64,000 nt of DNA from Octopus bimaculoides (Eukaryota). Within the stretch, counting starts at the first letter, position 1. Each line of letters opens with the position of its first letter. This document shows, in pieces, positions 58,128 to 64,000 of the stretch. The notes below the pieces were generated by a model. It was given only the letters and a program-made list of their open reading frames with translations, did no database searches and had not been told where the DNA came from. The translations under genes were made by a program, and so were the position numbers. The DNA lies in the NCBI RefSeq assembly GCF_001194135.2, contig NC_068988.1, forward strand, positions 50,618,506 to 50,682,505, given 5' to 3'.

Positions 58128-59060
58128 TGTGTGTGTATATATACTACGGATTTCTACACAGTTTCTGTTTACCTAATTCACTCACAAGACATTAGTCGAC
58201 TCGAAACTACATGCTCAATGTGCCACCTCGTGGGAATGAACCTGAAACCACATAGTTGCAAAGCGAGCTTCATTTATAAATTAAATAGATTAGCGGTGTC
58301 GTTATAGATAAGTTACTCTTAACACACTTAATGTACCATGCATTAAAATTAGCATGAACTTACCTGTCGTTTTACATACGAATGGAGTGTTTGAGTTTCT
58401 TAATATATTAATTTTGTGAAGAAGACGCGTAGCCTGGTGGGTCGGATGTTCACAGTTGATATCATTAGGTTGATACAAATGGAAGACTATGAAGAGTAAA
58501 AGTTATGACGTTTCGGACAGGGACCCTTTTAGGATATTAGAAGAAAGTCCAGGAGAAACAGAGAAAAGATGGAAGAGATGAAAGGAGATAAAAAGAAAAT
58601 AAAACCAGGAGAAAACGCGCGGAGGTTAGGTTCACATGTTCGACCTCTAAAACCCCTACACCACCCGCACATACACGCACATATGGTGCATATGTCTTTG
58701 GTTTTGTTCAAAAAGCTAAAACATGCTTTTGTATGAAACCAATGTTGCCCCTTTTGTATATTCAAATGAATCTTGTCTGTCGATGTATTGATATGAATAT
58801 TAGAACATCTTCCGAAAGACAGCAAGCTGGCAGAATCGTTACCGCACCGGGGGAAAAAATGCTCACCGGTATTTCGTCCGTTTTTACGTTCTGAGTTCAA
58901 ATATCACCGAGGTCGACTTTGCCTTTTATCCTTTTGAAGTCGTTAAAATAAGTACCAGTTGAACACTGGGGTCAATGTAATCGACTTGCTATTTTCCCCA
59001 AAATTACTGGTCATGTTCCATAATTTGAAACAAGTGAAATTTTCTTGCTTCTAACTTCAG

Positions 59061-59092
59061 ACAGAGACGGCTATCATTGAGAACAACATGAT
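59061..59092 (+). other. Candidate non-coding 3'UTR microexon (32 nt) of the peptide gene
   Basis: tttcttgcttctaacttcag| ... |gtaagt; length not divisible by 3. Confidence 0.45.
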
Positions 59093-59946
59093 GTAAGTAT
59101 TTAGAGTTCAGATTTAGTCCCAGTTTAGAATTTGATTCTGAAATCAGAACACTCCATTTCACCTCCCTATGTTTACAGTTTTACGTACTTCTTTGCTATT
59201 AATATGGTGTTTATTGATGATCTGATAAAATGTATATATCTAATAACTGATGAATAATATTTCAAAAATAATAAGAAAAAATACGGGAACCACATACTCC
59301 ACAGTATCTTTGTTACAGGGAACTGGTTTGTTCAGATAATTATGGCAGTAGATTCTGTATATTTAACATTCACGCTGAAGCGATGTGATATATTTTATTT
59401 AAAATGAAGTGATACGATTTTCTCAGAAAATTTTTTACTTTGTTCAACTCTTCACTACCAAGTACAAAAGCGAAATTTTGTGTAAACTTAAGGCATTTGA
59501 TAACCAACGCAAAGATTATGCATTCAAATCTGCTTCGTGCGTGGATTTTTATTGAAAATATCTCCGATTACTAAGCTATAAAGAATAACCCGAAAAAAAC
59601 TTACCACTGACGAGCAGCAAAAAAAAAAAAAAGGCAGATGCATGAGACTAAGTTGACTAGGGAGGGATGTCTTTTCTTAATATGATTCTTGATTTAGCGG
59701 TTCTGTTATTGTTTCATTTACATTTTATAAACTGTTGCTAAATGATTTTTCAAAATGCTTTTCCCATTTGCATGCTACATAGAGAATATCGTGCCGAACA
59801 GTTTGGCGAGCAAGATACTGTTGTTGCTGTGTAGCACCATGTTAGATTAGAATGAACAATGCAATACATATAAGATGCGAAGGAAGTTGATCGAATGATT
59901 AGGTGCAATCCACATGATCTACTTACTATACGGCACGTTTTAAGAG

Positions 59947-60332
59947 TAGTAGTTGGCACTCCGTCGCTTACGACGTCGAGGGTTCCAATTGATCTGACCA
60001 ATGGAACAACCTGCTCGTGAAATTAACGTGCAAGTGGCTGAGCACTCCACAGATACGTGTACCCTTAACGTATTTCTCGGGGATATTCAGCGTGACACAG
60101 TGTGACAAGGCTGACCCTTTGAATTACAGGCACAACAGAAACAGGAAGTAAGAGTGAGAGAAAGTTGTGGTGGAAGAGTACAGCAGGGTTCACCACCATC
60201 CCCTGCCGGAGCCTCGTGAAGCTTTAGGTGTTTTCGCTCAATAAACACTCACAACGCCCGGTCTGGGAATCGAAACCGTGATCCTATGACCGCGTGTCCG
60301 CTGCCCTAACCACTGGGCCATTGCGCCTCCAC
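59947..60332 (-). mobile_element. Near-identical copy of the 50979 SINE
   Basis: Direct alignment along the whole length; an older copy lies at ~11890-12190. Confidence 0.88.
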
Positions 60333-60619
60333 GTTTCAAGAGATACACTGGTTAATCGTATGGATGCAGAGTGACAGTATGAAGATGTTGCACTATCTCC
60401 GATATTCACTCTGTATCTGCATGCCTATTATTATTTAGCTCCGTATTAACTCCGATTGAAAGGATTATGATCAAAGCCACTCCAGCTATGATCATCCGTC
60501 TTAATTTCAGATACAGAATGTAGTTCTAGAAACGATATGAATCCTTCCTTTTTATAGACATTTGCGCGTTCTTTGAAGTAGATATGGCTGCTATTGCTAG
60601 CAGGTACAGTGATGACATA

Positions 60620-61080
60620 GAAGTTCGCTTGTTGCTTTGAGAGGCTTCTTTGCGCCTGTAGATTCTATTATTTTTGATGTGTATGTTCTTTTGTTGCCAC
60701 GAGGGATTAGGCGAAGAGGGATATTTTGTTTAAAGGATGTTTTTGTGAGTCTACAGCACTATGTTATTTTTTTATCCAGCATCCCTGATGAAATTTTTTT
60801 CCTAAGTGCAGGTTACCCAAGACATTATTTAATGTCTTCGCTTATGAGACGGTTGGGTATCATTTTAAAGAAATCTACTTGCAATCTACAGCTGGTCGAG
60901 TAACAATGTGGATGAGCTCTCTGTTGTCCTTGGCAGCGTAGCCAGATGGTGGACGTTGTCCGCTCCGGGCAACGCTTTTGTGGGGACGGCACTTTTGGGA
61001 TTACTGTATTAAGTCCGTGTAGGTCGCAAACCTTAGAGCTGCCGTGGCAAACACTCTACCTACGTCACATGTTGCTCCAT
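60620..61080 (-). mobile_element. Possible highly decayed retroelement (Penelope-like?) fragment
   Basis: Only a weak KQNIPLRLI resemblance to the PLE K..xPLRPI motif; higher GC than flanks. Confidence 0.25.
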
Positions 61081-61386
61081 GGTGTTTTAAATTTTTCTCG
61101 GTGTTTGTAATGATTGTATATATGCCGGAAACTGTTAAGATTGGAACTTGGAGTTTTAAAAGACAAATCCTTTCGATTTCAGTTGTTTTGTTTCTTTGTG
61201 TAGGTGGTTTGTGAGTGACCTATGAATATGCGAAGTGCATTATTTTTGTTCCTTTTCTAGTTTATTATGGTTTGTAGAAGAGGAATTGGGACCGAAGTAT
61301 GTTAGATTTAATGCATAGTTTGCATACTAATGTTTCTTTACATATCTGTTACACTGTAGGTTTGTGGATTTGGTAGACGCAATATC

Positions 61387-61422
<36 letters not shown>

Positions 61423-62579
61423 TGTGTGTGTGCGTGTGCGTGTGCGTGTGCGTGTGTGCGTGTGCGTGTGCGTGTGTGCGTGTGCGCGCGCGCGCGCGCG
61501 TGTATGTGTGTGTTCATGAGAGGACGTGCATAATTCTTTTTCGAGCCTTGGTATTATCTTTATATGTTCTAATTTGAAGGAGTCCATATTAAAATAATAT
61601 TTTAATGATTTTCTTTTCGTTTTTCTAAAGTTTTAGGGGACAGCAGTCGAAGAAAGTGCACAATCTCGGAATTTATAGCTAAGCAGTTCATTATGAATAA
61701 TGGTGTTCATCCTTTAAGGATTATTTTTTGCTTAACCGTTCACTAATGGGTATCACTAAGAACATCTGTCAACAGTGGATGAGACACTATTTTCCGCTAT
61801 TTTTCCAGACATTTTCTAAAAAACTACATTTACTCACTGACTATCTGAGTCCGAAATGTTCTTACAAATGTGACTTAATAAATAATTTTCATAACTGAAA
61901 ATAAAAACAACTATGTCTCGTTTTCTTGTAATATGCTTTCATTTGGTGACCTAGTTCCGTGGCATCTAATTATCTAGCTTTAAATATGTACTCCTTTACT
62001 TCAATCAACTCCCACCACTGCTCTGGTCTATTGCACTATGATATAAATTGAGGACAGCAAGAGAACACAGTTCTGGTCTATTGCACAATGTTTCTTTTTG
62101 TTTCTTGGTGGTTAGCTCATTGTACCTAGATAGAGCTGTGTAGACTAAAACAGTGATAGTAAACACTGATCCAAGGAAAAGTGAAGCAGACGAATTTTAT
62201 CTTAGGCAAAGTAAAATTTCGTTGAAGATATGAACTATCTATGGTGGATTTCGGGTTGCGTCAGTGATATTCAAATGTTTACTTACGCGTCAGAAAACTG
62301 CCCAATCGAGCAAGACCGAATGAAAGAAGCAAAAGAAACAGTAATAACACTGTATATTTTTAGTCAAGCAATGTAACCTTAGGAAACTAGCGTTTCAGCG
62401 TTGACAATAACTAAAATTATGAAATAATTTTCATGCAGTCAGGAAATAAAATTCAATGTTTCTAGCAGAATATTTTGTATGAGAGAGGAGAAATTATTGG
62501 TTTGGAAGGATAAATGCACTAGAAATAGTAAGAAAGAGAGGGGAGATAAAAAGAAGATAACAAGTGTTACTGTAGACTA

Positions 62580-63325
62580 GCATGTGAGTTTATGTGGAAG
62601 TGTGTGTACGTGCGTGTATATGTGTGCGTGTGTGTGTGTGCATTGTGTATGTGTTGTGCACGGAGAATTGTGTGCGTTTGTGTGTGCGTGTGTGCGTGTG
62701 CTCGTGTGTGGGTGTGCACGTGCGTGTGTGTGTGTATGCGAGCGGGAGAGAGGGGTGTGTTGGTATAGCCAAAGGGTGTGGGTTTCATGTGTGCGTGCAG
62801 ATGAGCATGTGTGCGTGCGTGCGTGTGTGTGTGTGCGCGCGGGGGGGTGTTGGGTGTGTACGTGTGTGCGTGTGTATGCACGAGCGAATGTGTGTGTGGT
62901 GTGTGTGTGGTTGCGCGTTTATCTGCGCGTGGGTGTGTGTGGTGTATGGTATGGTGTGTGTGTGGTGCGAGGGGTGTGTGCTCGTCGGTGTGTGTGTGTG
63001 AGTGTGGTGTGTGATAGGGTGTGAGGGGCGGGATGTCAAGAGTGTGTGTGTACATTGGTGTTGTTATTAGTGTATATGTGCTTGTGGGTGTACATATGGG
63101 TATGTGTGTGTGAATATGTAAATGTGCGTATAAGTGTGTATATGTGTGGGGCCCTATGTTGGTGTGTATGCATATGTGCATAAAACTGTGTGTGTGGAGG
63201 CCTCTGTGTGGGTGTGTGTGTTGCCGTGCATATTTATGTGTAGCAGTCTGTATGGAGGTGTGTGTGTGTGTATATGAGTATGAGTGCATGCGTATGAAAG
63301 TGTGTGTATGTGTGTGTGTGTATAT
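62580..63325. repeat. Degenerate (GT)n low-complexity tract
   Basis: Direct; source of spurious His/Thr and Cys/Val ORFs. Confidence 0.92.
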
Positions 63326-63955
63326 GAAAAAAATTCAATTTAAAATAAAGTTTCAAAATAAAACATGAGAAATCAAAGAAATATATAAAATAAAAAAATC
63401 AAAATCAAAAATAAAATAATTGAAAAAGATTATATAAATAAATCAGTAACAGAAAAAAAAAGTAATCAAATAAAAAATAGAACAGATTAAAATGTTTTTT
63501 TTAATATGGTGTGTGGAGAAAGTCATTGAACGGAAGGGGTTGTGTTGAGTCCGAAAGGAGTCGAAGTACGTAAACTGAAAATATAGCACTGTTCCTGGGG
63601 GAGTCTAGCGTTGGTGGATCCAAGGTGTTGGGCAAGGCAAAGACTGAGGTCTGATGTGGAGTGGTCTAGCAGGTGTTCGGTGAACTGGTCGGTTAAAGTT
63701 TATTGGAAAGATTGCACCTGATGCAGTAAATAAGGCTTGAGGAAGTGGAGGATAAGGAGTTCCTAATGGAGAGGGTGTGGTGGTTAGATCCAGTGTGGGT
63801 GGTGGTGTTGGTGATGAAAGGACCCGTCCCCGTCCTTCCGACTGTTTTGGAATACCTGATTCGTGGATTTCTCTCTACCATTGGAATACGTCACCTTTTT
63901 ATTCATTCCGAGTACATCATTTCTGCACCTTCGATTGTGAATCATACATTTTCAC

Positions 63956-64000
<45 letters not shown>

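Noticed and set aside
62567-63289. 240-aa His/Thr-rich ORF (and similar ORFs at 46933-47582, 12472-12892, 33498-34061, 29553-29879)
   Set aside because: Translations of (CA)n/(TA)n microsatellites, not genes; unrelated to the real His-rich microexon peptide.
63480-63960. GC-richer unique-looking stretch at the window end
   Set aside because: No motif or ORF recognised; it is flanked by degenerate microsatellite and may be low-quality sequence or an old TE.

Overview
AT-rich, microsatellite- and SINE-dense animal genomic DNA with several N gaps. The repeat landscape looks cephalopod/octopus-like (inference). There is no prokaryotic-type gene content, and nearly all ORFs in the supplied track are repeat artefacts. 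(1) 67-32834 (+) holds the 3' 23 coding exons of a Mediator subunit 23 gene (MED23). The exons join in frame to 2919 nt (972 aa + stop). Two introns carry U12 (minor spliceosome) signals, and the 3'UTR contains a 65-bp-arm hairpin. (2) About 33-46 kb is a transposon graveyard: Tc1, MULE, R4/Dong-like LINE, mariner and MITEs. (3) About 43.6-62 kb (+) holds a gene invisible to the ORF track. Seven 33-36-nt phase-1 microexons, six of them in tandemly duplicated exon+intron units, splice into a ~78-aa His/Arg/Trp/Tyr-rich cationic peptide: [78 protein letters not shown]. This is the most interesting signal in the window. Its start/signal-peptide exon was not found and may lie in an assembly gap.
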